Part shown: piece by piece, positions 50,088 through 59,985 of the stretch
Numbering within the stretch: the first letter of the stretch is position 1
Layout: each line of letters opens with the position of its first letter
NCBI GenBank assembly: GCA_963761305.1
Contig: CAVXGK010000002.1
Span: forward strand, 2,048,001 to 2,112,000
Length of the DNA: 64,000 bases
Direction: 5' to 3'
From: an uncultured Gemmatimonadaceae bacterium
Lineage (GTDB): Bacteria; Gemmatimonadota; Gemmatimonadetes; Gemmatimonadales; Gemmatimonadaceae
Position numbers and translations under genes: made by a program
Notes under the pieces: model-generated
The model's database searches: none
What the model was told of the DNA's origin: nothing
What the model saw: only the letters and a program-made list of their open reading frames with translations

Positions 50088-50572
50088 CGCTCGGGCAGTG
50101 GGGGGCGGCGGTGAGCGTCGTCGTCGCGACGGTGCTCACCGACGCGACGACGGACGGACCGTACGACATCGCGCTCTTCAGCACGACAAAGGCACCCTCG
50201 GCGCAGGGCAGCGCGCGGTTGGTGTTCGCCCAGTCGCCGTTCGGGGTCACGGTGACGACCGACGGCCACGCGAGCTACGACGTGCAGATCGACGCGTCCG
50301 GCCTGCCGCCGGCTGATTCTCTCGGACCGTACACGACGTATGTCGCCTGGGTCGCCACCACGGATCTTTCGAAGTGGATTCGGCTCGGCGCCATCACCAA
50401 CGGCAAGAACACGGTGGGCCGGGCGGAGCTCGACAAGTTTCTGCTGGTGATCGCGGCCGAGTCGTCGGCGACGTCGGCGCACGCCGGACCGACTGTGTTG
50501 CACGGAAACTCGCCGAGCGGATGGCTTCAGAGTTTCCTCAGTCACCCGCTTTTCCGCGGAATTCCGCCGTGA
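50084..50572 (+). CDS. Hypothetical exported protein
   Basis: GTGA overlaps at both ends; TYVAWVAT, FLLVIAAES. Confidence 0.75.
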   Translation: MTLGQWGAAVSVVVATVLTDATTDGPYDIALFSTTKAPSAQGSARLVFAQSPFGVTVTTDGHASYDVQIDASGLPPADSLGPYTTYVAWVATTDLSKWIRLGAITNGKNTVGRAELDKFLLVIAAESSATSAHAGPTVLHGNSPSGWLQSFLSHPLFRGIPP

Positions 50573-52326
50573 GCACTTTGTCACGCGTCATCGCGGCGCT
50601 CGCCGTCTGCGCGTCCACGAGCGCCGTTGGCGCGCAACAGCCGCCGGCCAAACCGCCGAAGAAACCGAGCCAATCCGGAATGGCCGGCATGCCCGGCATG
50701 CAGTCGCCGAAGCGCGACACGTCCGCCAAGGACATGCCCGGGATGAGCATGTCGGCACCCATGCCAATCCCCATGCCCAAGGGGATGCCGATGATCCCCG
50801 GACTCGTCGGCCTGATTCCACCGGTGACGTCGTTTCTGCCGGGCGCCGGCGTCGATCCCAAGCGGCTCCCCGCGGCGAAACCGACCGAGGTGAAGCGCTT
50901 GGCCGACGGCGACACGCTCGACCTCACCGCGATGCTGGTGCGACGGACGATCAAAGGACGCTCGTTCGTGATGTATGGATTCAACGGCGAGGTGCCCGGG
51001 CCGCTGATTCGCGTGCCGCAGAACGCGACGATCCACGTGCGATTCCACAACCGCATCGACCTGCCGAGCACGATCCACTGGCATGGCGTGCGGCTCGACA
51101 ATCGATATGACGGGGTGCCCGGGCTTACTCAAGACTCAGTCCCGGCGGGCGGCGACTTCATATATACGGTGCACTTCCCCGACGCCGGCATCTATTGGTA
51201 TCACCCGCACGTGCGCGAGGACATCGAGCAGGCGATGGGGTTGTTCGGAAACGTGCGCGTCGACTCGCCCGATCGCGACTACTACTCGCCGGTCAACCGC
51301 GAGCAGACGCTCGTGCTCGACGACCTGCTCGTCAACGCCGACACGCTGATCCCGTTCGGAAAGGAGGCGCCGGACTTCGCGCTCATGGGACGCGTGGGCA
51401 ACGTGATCACGGTGAACGGCGAGACGGGCTACTCGCTTTCGGTGAACCACGGCGACGTCGTGCGCTTCTTTCTCACTAACGTCTCGAGCTCGCGCACGTA
51501 CAACGTGTCGTTCGGCGGGGCGCCGATCAAAGTCATCGCGTCGGACGTGAGCAAATTCGAGCACGAGGAGCGCGTGCCTGGCGTCGTGATCGCGCCGGCC
51601 GAGCGCTACGTGGTCGAGGTGATGTTTGACAGGCCGGGACGCGTCGCGATGGTGAACGCGGTGCAGGCCATCAACCACTACGCGGGCGAATTCTCGCCCG
51701 AGGTCGACACGCTCGGCGTCGTCTCCGTCGGCGCCAAGCCGGCGTCGCCAAGCTATCGCGCGCAGTTCAACGTGATGCGGTCGAACACGGCGGTGGCACG
51801 AGACATCGACGCCTACCGCAAGTATTTCGACAAAGCGCCCGACAAGACGTTCCGTCTCACGGTCGACGTCAACTCGCTCCCGTTGGCGACGGTGCAGTTC
51901 ATGAACGTCGACACGGCGTATTACGCCCCCGTCGAGTGGGTGGACGGCATGCCGGACATGAACTGGCTGTCGACGAGCAAGCAGGTCCGATGGATCCTGC
52001 GCGACGAAGCGACGGGCCAAGAGAACATGGACATCGACTGGCGCGTGCCGCGCGGGTCGGTGGTGAAGCTACGAATCTTCAACGATCCGAAGTCGTTCCA
52101 CCCAATGCAGCACCCGATCCATCTCCACGGCCAGCGGATGCTCGTCATCGCGCGCGACGCCGTGCCGACGAGGGACTTGGTGTGGAAGGACACGGCCATC
52201 ATTCCGGTCGGATCGACCGTCGACCTGCTGATCGACGCGTCGAATCCGGGTGACTGGATGCTACACTGTCACATCGCCGAGCATCTCGGGGCGGGGATGA
52301 TGGCGGTGATGCACGTCGGGCAGTAG
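50569..52326 (+). CDS. Three-domain multicopper oxidase (CueO/laccase-like) with Met-rich N-terminus
   Basis: HWHG, WYHPH, HPIHLHG, HCHIAEHLGAGM in canonical order. Confidence 0.95.
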   Translation: MSTLSRVIAALAVCASTSAVGAQQPPAKPPKKPSQSGMAGMPGMQSPKRDTSAKDMPGMSMSAPMPIPMPKGMPMIPGLVGLIPPVTSFLPGAGVDPKRLPAAKPTEVKRLADGDTLDLTAMLVRRTIKGRSFVMYGFNGEVPGPLIRVPQNATIHVRFHNRIDLPSTIHWHGVRLDNRYDGVPGLTQDSVPAGGDFIYTVHFPDAGIYWYHPHVREDIEQAMGLFGNVRVDSPDRDYYSPVNREQTLVLDDLLVNADTLIPFGKEAPDFALMGRVGNVITVNGETGYSLSVNHGDVVRFFLTNVSSSRTYNVSFGGAPIKVIASDVSKFEHEERVPGVVIAPAERYVVEVMFDRPGRVAMVNAVQAINHYAGEFSPEVDTLGVVSVGAKPASPSYRAQFNVMRSNTAVARDIDAYRKYFDKAPDKTFRLTVDVNSLPLATVQFMNVDTAYYAPVEWVDGMPDMNWLSTSKQVRWILRDEATGQENMDIDWRVPRGSVVKLRIFNDPKSFHPMQHPIHLHGQRMLVIARDAVPTRDLVWKDTAIIPVGSTVDLLIDASNPGDWMLHCHIAEHLGAGMMAVMHVGQ

Positions 52327-52346
52327 CCGGCTACGCGACCATCCCT

Positions 52347-52886
52347 TTACGCGAACAGCTCGGCAAGCCCGATTTCCAATGGTCCGTCTGCTCCGACCGG
52401 TGTCCACGTCAATAGTTCCGACACCACCTGATCCGCGTGGCCGGCACGGACGACGGTCACGACCCGCTCTTCGGCATCCACCATCCAGTACTCGGCGACG
52501 TGCGCGTCGGCGTAGAGTTGTCGCTTGTCCGTCAGGTCTCTTCGGCGAGTCGAATCAGAGAAGACTTCGACGATCAAGATGGGACGTGGCGCACGTTCCC
52601 ACGCCGTGTGTTTGCGCGGCGACGGTTGTCGGACCATGAGGTCCGGCTCGACCTCGGATTTCTCGAAGCGCAGAACCGCCCGCGGACGATACACGAGGCC
52701 AAGCCGCTGAGCCTTTACGTATGGAGTCAGCGCCGTCGCGAGTCTCGCCGCGATCGTCTCGTGATCGTCCGTCGGCGGCGGCGTCACGAACAGATCGCCG
52801 CGAACGAGCTCGTACTTGTTCCCGTCGTCCGGGAGCCGATGGACTTCGTCGAGCGTCCATCGCTTGAGCTTCGTTGCCATTTCCAT
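52347..52886 (-). CDS. Uma2 family endonuclease (copy 2)
   Basis: LPDDGNKYELVRGDL, EPDL, VEVFSDST, YWMVD. Confidence 0.95.
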   Translation of the reverse strand: MEMATKLKRWTLDEVHRLPDDGNKYELVRGDLFVTPPPTDDHETIAARLATALTPYVKAQRLGLVYRPRAVLRFEKSEVEPDLMVRQPSPRKHTAWERAPRPILIVEVFSDSTRRRDLTDKRQLYADAHVAEYWMVDAEERVVTVVRAGHADQVVSELLTWTPVGADGPLEIGLAELFA

Positions 52887-53006
52887 GTGCCGTCCTTCCT
52901 CGGCCGCGGTGCCGTCACGCGCATGGCCGAAGCTGCACTGCGCGTGCGTCGGAATCGTCATCGAATCGACGCCGGCACGATCATTCGGCTGCCGACGCGT
53001 TCCGCT

Positions 53007-53046
53007 CGGCCGAGCATACGCTCGGCGCGAGCGCCGAGTCAAGCGG
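53007..53046 (-). promoter_or_regulatory. Sigma70-type promoter TTGACT-N18-TATGCT with overlapping palindromes (second copy)
   Basis: -35 at 53042-53037, -10 at 53018-53013. Confidence 0.75.
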
Positions 53047-53067
53047 AGAGGGTCGAGCGGCGTGTCT

Positions 53068-53299
53068 CTACTTCGATCGATCGCGCAGGTATTGGCGGAG
53101 CGCGCGATTCACGGCGCTCTCGCTCCGAAACGCCTTCGCGAGATCCGGGTCGAGCAGGACGAGATACGTTCCCGGCGGTATTCGCTTGGCATATTTGCCG
53201 CGCACGCCGCCACTGAAGTCGTAGTGCGCGCGCAATGGCGCGACGGCTCTCCGTGCGGGCTCTCGTCCGTTCGCTTGCCCGCTTAGACGTCTTCTTCAT
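53068..53299 (-). pseudogene. BrnA-like antitoxin-family protein, frameshifted (or TTG start at 53235)
   Basis: GGAGG + MKKTSK in one frame; LRAHYDFSGGVRGKY..VLLDPDLAKAF..AVNRALR in the +1 frame (not in the ORF track). Confidence 0.75.
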
Positions 53300-53345
53300 A
53301 TTGCCTCCTCTCGCGACGCGCGGCCACGCGGGCTGGCACGACCGT

Positions 53346-53450
53346 TCAGCTCTTGCCGGTGCTGACCATGACCGGCCCGTTGTCGCGCTTCACCGGCGGC
53401 ACGCTCTTGAGATAACGATAAATCGAGCGGAGGTCGTCCTCGCTCATGCG
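53346..53450 (-). pseudogene. C-terminal remnant of a c-type cytochrome
   Basis: RMSEDDLRSIYRYLKSVPPVK resembles the terminal helix of diheme cytochromes c; no CxxCH upstream. Confidence 0.6.
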
Positions 53451-53455
53451 CGGGA

Positions 53456-56083
53456 TCACTTCCGCTCGATGTCCGCGACCCAGATGTCGCTCTCGCGATT
53501 GCCCAAGGTGAAGAAGATCCGCCCCGCGCGAACGCGAAAGCCGTAGCGATGCCACGGCCGCGTCGGATCGTCGAAGCGCACCACCGCGCGGTCCGGTCCA
53601 CCAGCCACCGGAACGCCGACGATCGCCACGACGCGGCCCGAATCCTCCGACACGTAAAACACCGTCCGTCCGTCGGCCGACCACTGTGGAAACGCCCAGC
53701 CCGCGGTGGAGAAGGATGACGACAACCGCCGCGCCGGACCGCCGTCGACTGGCGCGATCACGATCCCGCCTTCGCCGCAGCCGCAGGCGATGAACCGCCC
53801 GTCCGGTGACCAATCGGACAAACCCGACGCGACCGTTTCGCCGCCGATGACGATCGGAATCGCTCGCGGCTTGGACCAGCGGCCGTCGGCGCCCCGCTTC
53901 ACGACGTGAACCGCGGGCTTCGTGCCCCAGTTGTCGAGCAGCAACAGCGCTCGCCCATCCGGCGACCACTCGGGCGACCGCTCGTCTTCGGTCCCGTCCG
54001 TCACTGGTACAGCGCTGCCACCCTCGATGGGTGATACGAAGACCTGACGCCGATCGCCGCGGAATCGGTGGAACGCAATCTCCTTCGCATCGGGCGACCA
54101 GGCGGCCCAGTACGATCCCGCGCTGTCCGACGTGACCTGCTGCGTTTCCGCGCCCTTTGCGCCGAGGCGCACGATGTAGACTTGGCTCGTCCCGCCGCGA
54201 TCGCCGGAGTAACCAAGCCATCGGCCGTCATTCGAGACGCCAAGGTTCTCGATCAGCTGATTCCCGTCGGTCTCCGGCACAGCCGTCGAGACCGAGACGC
54301 TCCCAGTCGCGGGGATGGGCACCGACCATGCGTTCGAGGTCTCGGTCAACGGGGCATACGCGATCCGCCTCCCGTCCCCCGACACGGCGATCGCATACGC
54401 ACCGAGACCCGTCGTGATGCGGACGGGCGCGGCGCGCGGCGATCCGCCGCTCGTTAGAGACATCTCATAGACGTCGCGCCCGCCGTCCTGATCGGATACG
54501 AACAGTAGCGACCGCGCCGACGCCCACGCCGGGCTGGCGTGGAGCGATCGCTCGTCACTGACGCGGTGCGGCTCGCCGCCGCTCGCCGGCGCCAGCCAGA
54601 TCGAGCTGTGCGCGAGATTTCCGAGGTCGATCTCGTTGATGTACTGCCGATCGCCCTCGATGAACGCGATCCACCGCCCGTCGGGAGACCACGCCGGTGA
54701 GTGCGCCTCGTACGTCCGAGCGACGAGTCGCGGCGTCCCGCCGTCGAGCGGCTGGGCGAACAACGAGTCGTGCGAGATGAACGCGAAGGTTCGGCCGTCC
54801 GGCGCGACCGCCACACCGCGCCCGAGTTGAGCTCCAGCAGCGAGAAGCCGCGGCACTCCGCCAAGCGCCGACACGACCTCGACGCCGCGCGGCGACACGA
54901 ACACGAGTCGCTGGCCATCGGGAAGCCACACTGGCCAACGTCCTCGCGCGTCCGTCGCGCGGACCACCGGCACCGGCGAACCGCCCTCCACCTGACGCAC
55001 GGTGAGCACACCGCGCGCAGCCGCGTAGGCCACGAGCTTTCCATCCGGAGAGAGCGCGGGGTCGAGCTCGAGCCCCGGATCCACGGTCACGGGAGTCCGT
55101 CGGCCAAGGCGGATGGGCGGCGGAGTTTTTCGCAGGACTAGCACGACGACGGCAGCGAGAACCGCCGCGACACCGAGTGCGCCGGCGAGTAACGGCCAAC
55201 GCGAGCGCGTAGCAGGCGCCGGCAAGTCGGCGGGCTTGTCGACGCCCGATTCCTCGGGCGCGAGTGCCGCGGCGAATTCCGACACCGAAGGAAAGCGGTC
55301 CGCCGGTGTCTTGCTCAACGCGCGTTGGAGCGCCAACGCAACACCCGCCGGCGCCGCCGGACGCAACTGCGTGACCATTGGCGGCGCGGCGAGCATGTGT
55401 TGATGGATCACGCTCTCCGCGGTCGGCCCGGTGAATGGCGCTTGGCCGGCCAGCATCTCGTAGACGACGCACGCGAGGGCATAGATGTCGGAGCGGGCGT
55501 CGAGCTCCCTCTCGCCCGCGACCTGTTCTGGGCTCATGTACATCGGCGTGCCGATGGCCACGCCGGTCTCGGTCAGCCGCTCGCCGCCGGCAACGTCGAT
55601 CGCGTGAGCGATTCCGAAGTCGGCCACCACGGCGTGACCGTTCTCGAGAAGAATGTTTTCCGGTTTGATGTCGCGGTGAACGATGCCACGCCCGTGCGCA
55701 TAGCTCAGCGCGTCGGCTACTTCACGGGCGATCCGCAGCGCGTCCTGCACTGGGAGCTGTTTTTCGCGGCGAAGCCGGTCGCGCAGCGACTCGCCTTCGA
55801 CGAACGGCATGACGTAGTAGAGGGTCTCGTCGCCGGCACCCGAGTCGTACAAGGGTACGATGTGCGGGTGACGGAGGCTCGCCGTCGTTGTGATCTCACG
55901 CAAGAACCGCTCGGCGCCCAACGCCGCGGCGAGGTCCGGGCGAAGCACCTTGATCGCGACTCGCCGGGCGTGACGGACATCCTCGGCGAGGTACACGGTC
56001 GCCATGCCGCCGGCGCCGAGTTCGCGCTCGATGCGGTACCGGCCGCTGAGGGCGGCGGTGAGGTCTGGCTGGGGATCACCCAT
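53456..56083 (-). CDS. Hanks-type Ser/Thr kinase with TM helix and TolB/PD40 beta-propeller repeats
   Basis: GAGGMATVY, VAIK, HRDIKPEN, DFG, GTPMYMSPE; multiple WSPDG repeats. Confidence 0.96.
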   Translation of the reverse strand: MGDPQPDLTAALSGRYRIERELGAGGMATVYLAEDVRHARRVAIKVLRPDLAAALGAERFLREITTTASLRHPHIVPLYDSGAGDETLYYVMPFVEGESLRDRLRREKQLPVQDALRIAREVADALSYAHGRGIVHRDIKPENILLENGHAVVADFGIAHAIDVAGGERLTETGVAIGTPMYMSPEQVAGERELDARSDIYALACVVYEMLAGQAPFTGPTAESVIHQHMLAAPPMVTQLRPAAPAGVALALQRALSKTPADRFPSVSEFAAALAPEESGVDKPADLPAPATRSRWPLLAGALGVAAVLAAVVVLVLRKTPPPIRLGRRTPVTVDPGLELDPALSPDGKLVAYAAARGVLTVRQVEGGSPVPVVRATDARGRWPVWLPDGQRLVFVSPRGVEVVSALGGVPRLLAAGAQLGRGVAVAPDGRTFAFISHDSLFAQPLDGGTPRLVARTYEAHSPAWSPDGRWIAFIEGDRQYINEIDLGNLAHSSIWLAPASGGEPHRVSDERSLHASPAWASARSLLFVSDQDGGRDVYEMSLTSGGSPRAAPVRITTGLGAYAIAVSGDGRRIAYAPLTETSNAWSVPIPATGSVSVSTAVPETDGNQLIENLGVSNDGRWLGYSGDRGGTSQVYIVRLGAKGAETQQVTSDSAGSYWAAWSPDAKEIAFHRFRGDRRQVFVSPIEGGSAVPVTDGTEDERSPEWSPDGRALLLLDNWGTKPAVHVVKRGADGRWSKPRAIPIVIGGETVASGLSDWSPDGRFIACGCGEGGIVIAPVDGGPARRLSSSFSTAGWAFPQWSADGRTVFYVSEDSGRVVAIVGVPVAGGPDRAVVRFDDPTRPWHRYGFRVRAGRIFFTLGNRESDIWVADIERK

Positions 56084-56303
56084 GCGAGGTCGTCAACGGT
56101 CGTCGATCGGGGCGGTTGGCGGGGGTAGGTGGGTGAAGCTATCCGTCGGGTCGGGTAGGGGCTAGAAAGGTTGGCTCGCGCATCTGGGAAATGCGGCGGA
56201 AGAACCTTTACAAACAATGAACCGGCGCGCGAAACCGCGCGCCGTATTGAGCAAAGGCGGCCACCGCGCGCCGCCGCGCTGCGAGCACACGCGAGGAACG
56301 AAC

Positions 56304-57035
56304 ATGATCCGCTATATACTGACCGTCGGCACACTGACCCTCGGCGCCGGCATCGGCGTCCTCGCCTGGCCGACGATCGCCGTCGCACAGGCGAAGCAAT
56401 ACGATCTCGAATCCACCGCGGCGCTGCACGTGCTCAACGTCGTTGCGCAGCCGGCGGCGCACGAGGGGAAGCGCGGCGTTCGGGTGGTCGAGGACTCCGA
56501 GGCGATCGCTCGTCTCCCGATGCACGCCGGTCAACGAGCGCCCGATCTCCTCGCATGGATCGACGGACTCCCGTTCGGGAACGGCATCATCGAGGCGGAG
56601 CTGGCAGCCGCGCCGGCGCCCGGGGCGGACACCTCGGCGCGCGGCTTCGTCGGCATCGCGTTTCGCCTGCAGGATGATCGGAAGACATACGACGCGTTCT
56701 ATTTGCGGCCGACGAACGGGCGCGCCGCCGATCAGGAACGACGCAATCACGCGGCGCAGTACATCTCACACCCGGACTGGCCGTGGTTTCGTTTGCGTCG
56801 CGAGACGCCGTCCAAGTACGAGTCGTATGTGGATCTCGTGCCCAACGCGTGGACCAAGATTCGAATCGAGGTGCATGGCACGCAGGCTCGGCTCTTCGTG
56901 CACGACCAGGCGCAACCGACGCTGGTCGTCAACGACTTGAAGACCGGCGCAACGGCGAAGGGCGCCGTCGGGCTGTGGATCGGTCCGGGAACGATTGCCT
57001 ATTTTCGGAATTTGACGGTGACGCCAGCGCCCTAG
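56304..57035 (+). CDS. Secreted lectin/glucanase-fold (DUF1080-like) protein
   Basis: GAGG RBS, signal peptide, GFVGIAFR, FYLRPTN, GAVGLW. Confidence 0.78.
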   Translation: MIRYILTVGTLTLGAGIGVLAWPTIAVAQAKQYDLESTAALHVLNVVAQPAAHEGKRGVRVVEDSEAIARLPMHAGQRAPDLLAWIDGLPFGNGIIEAELAAAPAPGADTSARGFVGIAFRLQDDRKTYDAFYLRPTNGRAADQERRNHAAQYISHPDWPWFRLRRETPSKYESYVDLVPNAWTKIRIEVHGTQARLFVHDQAQPTLVVNDLKTGATAKGAVGLWIGPGTIAYFRNLTVTPAP

Positions 57036-57161
57036 CTCTAGCCGGCCGTGCCTCTCAGACCTCGGCGAGTGCTCGGCGTGCTTCGGCGAGGAGCGTCCGA
57101 CGGCGGGCAGAGTCGGCAAGCTCGCCGGCGGCCTCGGGCATGGAGGCTTCCATTTCCGGAA

Positions 57162-57188
57162 TGTCGATTTCGGCGGCGTTCGTTCGAC
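57162..57188 (+). promoter_or_regulatory. ECF42-type promoter TGTCGA-N17-CGAC
   Basis: Matches the TGTCGA / CG(A/T)C motif known for ECF42 and lies upstream of a DGPF gene, the known target class. Confidence 0.7.
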
Positions 57189-57256
57189 GTAAGGGTAAGA
57201 AGGTGACCGGAAGCCGTCGACCTTCACCACGCTCAACCGTTCAGGAAACCCGACAA

Positions 57257-57631
57257 ATGCGCTACATGACGATCGTGAGTGGCCCCGAGAACTTCGCCGA
57301 GATCGGGCCGCCGCCGGCCGCCCTCATCGAAGCCATCGACAAGTTTACGTCGGAGGGCACGAAGTCCGGAAAGATGGTGTCGTTCGGCGGCCTCAAGCCG
57401 ACATCCGAGGGCGCGCGAGTCCGCAGCAGCAAGGGCAAGATCGTGCTGACCGACGGGCCGTTCACCGAAGCCAAGGAAGTCATCGGCGGATTCTCGATCA
57501 TCAACTACGCCTCGAGGGAAGAGGCTCTCGAGGAGGCCATGAAATTCATGGAACTGCACCGACTTCACTGGCCGGAATGGGAAGGGGTGGTCGAGATCCG
57601 GCTCATGTACGAGGAGGACGAGCCGTTCTGA
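57257..57631 (+). CDS. YciI/DGPF-domain protein
   Basis: TDGPFTEAKEVIGGF, VEIR. Confidence 0.93.
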   Translation: MRYMTIVSGPENFAEIGPPPAALIEAIDKFTSEGTKSGKMVSFGGLKPTSEGARVRSSKGKIVLTDGPFTEAKEVIGGFSIINYASREEALEEAMKFMELHRLHWPEWEGVVEIRLMYEEDEPF

Positions 57632-57650
57632 AGCCGGGTTGTGATGTCGC

Positions 57651-58502
57651 TCATCCCCATCCGAACCAACGCGGCTTGATGATGAGATACCGGTCCTCGA
57701 CATATGCGAACCAGCGGCGCATCAACTCATCGTCGCTGATGCCCAGAGCCGCCTGCACGTTCGCGTCCTGTTGGATGAGGCGAACGAGTCCGGCGCGTCC
57801 CCACGTCTTGACGATGAACTCCGTGAGACGATAGCCGATGTCGTAGATCTGGCCATTCGCCGGATTGTTGAGCGTGGCGACGGACGGATATCGTCCGCGG
57901 AGGAGGTAGCCGAGCCGATTGAGGTCGGTGGCTTGGCCGGCTTCGTACGTGGCGATCGACTCCAGGAGCCATCGGCCGTGCTTTCCAAGACTGTCATTGG
58001 CGAGGAAGCCGATCGTATCGCCGCCGGCGTTGGCGACGAAATCGAGCGCCGTGCGCCGCGTGGCGGCGTGCGCGAGCTCGTGCACCGCGTCCTGTCCGAG
58101 GGGGCGGCCGGGGTGCGCCCGAGCCCACGGTCCGTACACGTAGATCGTTCCGTCCGGCCCCGTGAGCGCCTGTGGTTGGAAGCCGATGCCGGACGCCTTG
58201 ATGAGGGCGGCCCATTGCTGGTCGAACTCCGCTCGCGATTGGATCGCCACGTGTGTGACGCCGAGTGGCGACGAGCCCAGATCGCTCACGACGCGCGCTT
58301 GATGGTCCTCGAGATATCGCGCGAGCGCCTTCACCGCTGCCGAGTCCAAGCCGTATGACGAAATTGTGAAGTGCGGCGTTGCGAGGGCGATGCGCGCGGT
58401 CGCGGAGGCGTCGGGCATGCGCTCGCCGCGTGAGCAGTCGGTCGCACCGAGTAATGCTGCACAGGCACACGATACGGCGAACGCCACGCGGTTGCGAAGC
58501 AT
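57651..58502 (-). CDS. Exported zincin-like (peptidase MA-like) protein
   Basis: HELAH followed by WLLESIATYEA. Confidence 0.72.
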   Translation of the reverse strand: MLRNRVAFAVSCACAALLGATDCSRGERMPDASATARIALATPHFTISSYGLDSAAVKALARYLEDHQARVVSDLGSSPLGVTHVAIQSRAEFDQQWAALIKASGIGFQPQALTGPDGTIYVYGPWARAHPGRPLGQDAVHELAHAATRRTALDFVANAGGDTIGFLANDSLGKHGRWLLESIATYEAGQATDLNRLGYLLRGRYPSVATLNNPANGQIYDIGYRLTEFIVKTWGRAGLVRLIQQDANVQAALGISDDELMRRWFAYVEDRYLIIKPRWFGWG

Positions 58503-58671
58503 GGAACTCCGAAGGGAGACGATGGTGCCCCGGGCCATGGCCGGTCATCGACAGTACGATGATCGGTGGAGAATCGTTTCGGATTCCGGATATGCGCGGC
58601 ATATTGTGCTCGAGAGCGAACGCTCGTTCGCAGTGGCAGGAATCGAGTCAGTCGACCTTCGCGAGGTGACC

Positions 58672-59922
58672 ATGAGCCGCATCACGACGGCGACGATGTT
58701 GCGTAGCCTCCGAGTGAGCGCCAGGACGCGCCTTTTCATCAGCTGTCTGATCGCCTCCGCCTGCGCGAGACCCTTTCCGCTTGGGCAGGCGCCGCCGCAG
58801 GCCGACGCCGTGTTGCGCCGTGAGTCGACCGGCGGCGTCCAGATCCAGCTCGACTCAACGAACAAGGAGGTCGTGCTGAGCGTGAGCGGGCTGCGCCTCG
58901 AGGCAGCGATGGCCTACGGCCAGGCGCACGCGCAAACGAATATCGCGTTCGTCTGGCCGTTCCGCGGCTGGGCGCGCGGCTATCGCATCGACGTCGTCGA
59001 CTCGGCGGGAGGCGTGCTTCCGCGAAAGGTGCTGCACCACGCGGGCATCGTGAACCTCAGCCGCCGCCAACTCGCCTACCCGATGGCGGAACGCCTGCTT
59101 GCGGCCGCGCACGAAACGCCGTTCGTCATGCTCCCCGGTTCGATGGGCGTTCCACTCGAGCCGGATCAGCACATGGTGCTTTACTATATGCTCGTGAATC
59201 CCACGGCCCATGCGATGGACGGGGTCACGCTGCGAATCTCGATCGCGTGGACGCCCGACCGCGGCGACGGGAGGGGCCCGCGGGAGGTGTTCCCTCTCTA
59301 TCTCGACGCCAACCCGGCGATCGGACGATATGAGCTTCCGCCCGGCGTATCGACGACGACGGCAGAATTCTCGCTTCCGGTTGGCGGACGTGTCCGCGCC
59401 CTTGGCGGACACGCTCACGACTATGCCGTCGAGCTTCGACTCGAGGACGCCGCAACGAACAAGGTGCTGGTGCGGCTCACTACAAAGCGCGATACGGCCG
59501 GCCATATCATCAGCATCACCACCGATCGGTTCGTGTTCACCCGGGGCGGTTTGCACCTCGACGCGAACCGGCGCTATCGGGTCGTGGGCCTCTACGACAA
59601 CCCGACCTGCGCGCCGATCCCACGGGGCGGCATGGCGTTCATGATCGGCCCGTTCACGCCCGATAACGTTCGGCGCTGGCCCGCGGTCGACCCGACCGAT
59701 CCGCTCTTTCAACAGGACTATGCGGACCTCATGGCGCCGGCCGCTGAGATGACGCAACCGCACGACATGGCGGGGATGGTCGGGACGGAGGGCGCGTCAG
59801 GAGTGAGCGACAACGCGCACCATCCGCCGCCCTCCGGCTGCCACGCGCCGGGGTCACGTGATTTTGATCAAGACGAAGCTCTACGTGCCGTAGCGTCGCA
59901 GTCACGTGCGCTCGGTTGGTAA
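58672..59922 (+). CDS. Lipoprotein with PHM/DBH-like copper monooxygenase motifs
   Basis: LHH, GGHAH, YDNPT..GGM; His/Met-rich tail. Confidence 0.62.
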   Translation: MSRITTATMLRSLRVSARTRLFISCLIASACARPFPLGQAPPQADAVLRRESTGGVQIQLDSTNKEVVLSVSGLRLEAAMAYGQAHAQTNIAFVWPFRGWARGYRIDVVDSAGGVLPRKVLHHAGIVNLSRRQLAYPMAERLLAAAHETPFVMLPGSMGVPLEPDQHMVLYYMLVNPTAHAMDGVTLRISIAWTPDRGDGRGPREVFPLYLDANPAIGRYELPPGVSTTTAEFSLPVGGRVRALGGHAHDYAVELRLEDAATNKVLVRLTTKRDTAGHIISITTDRFVFTRGGLHLDANRRYRVVGLYDNPTCAPIPRGGMAFMIGPFTPDNVRRWPAVDPTDPLFQQDYADLMAPAAEMTQPHDMAGMVGTEGASGVSDNAHHPPPSGCHAPGSRDFDQDEALRAVASQSRALGW

Positions 59923-59937
59923 GGACGCCGCTCTACC

Positions 59938-59985
59938 TTGACGGCGGCGCCCGACCGGTGAATAGTTCACCACATGGTGAACTAT
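59938..59985 (+). promoter_or_regulatory. Promoter TTGACG-N17-AATAGT with perfect palindromic operator ATAGTTCACCA-CA-TGGTGAACTAT over the ArsR start codon
   Basis: 11-bp arms at 59962-59972 and 59975-59985. Confidence 0.85.
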
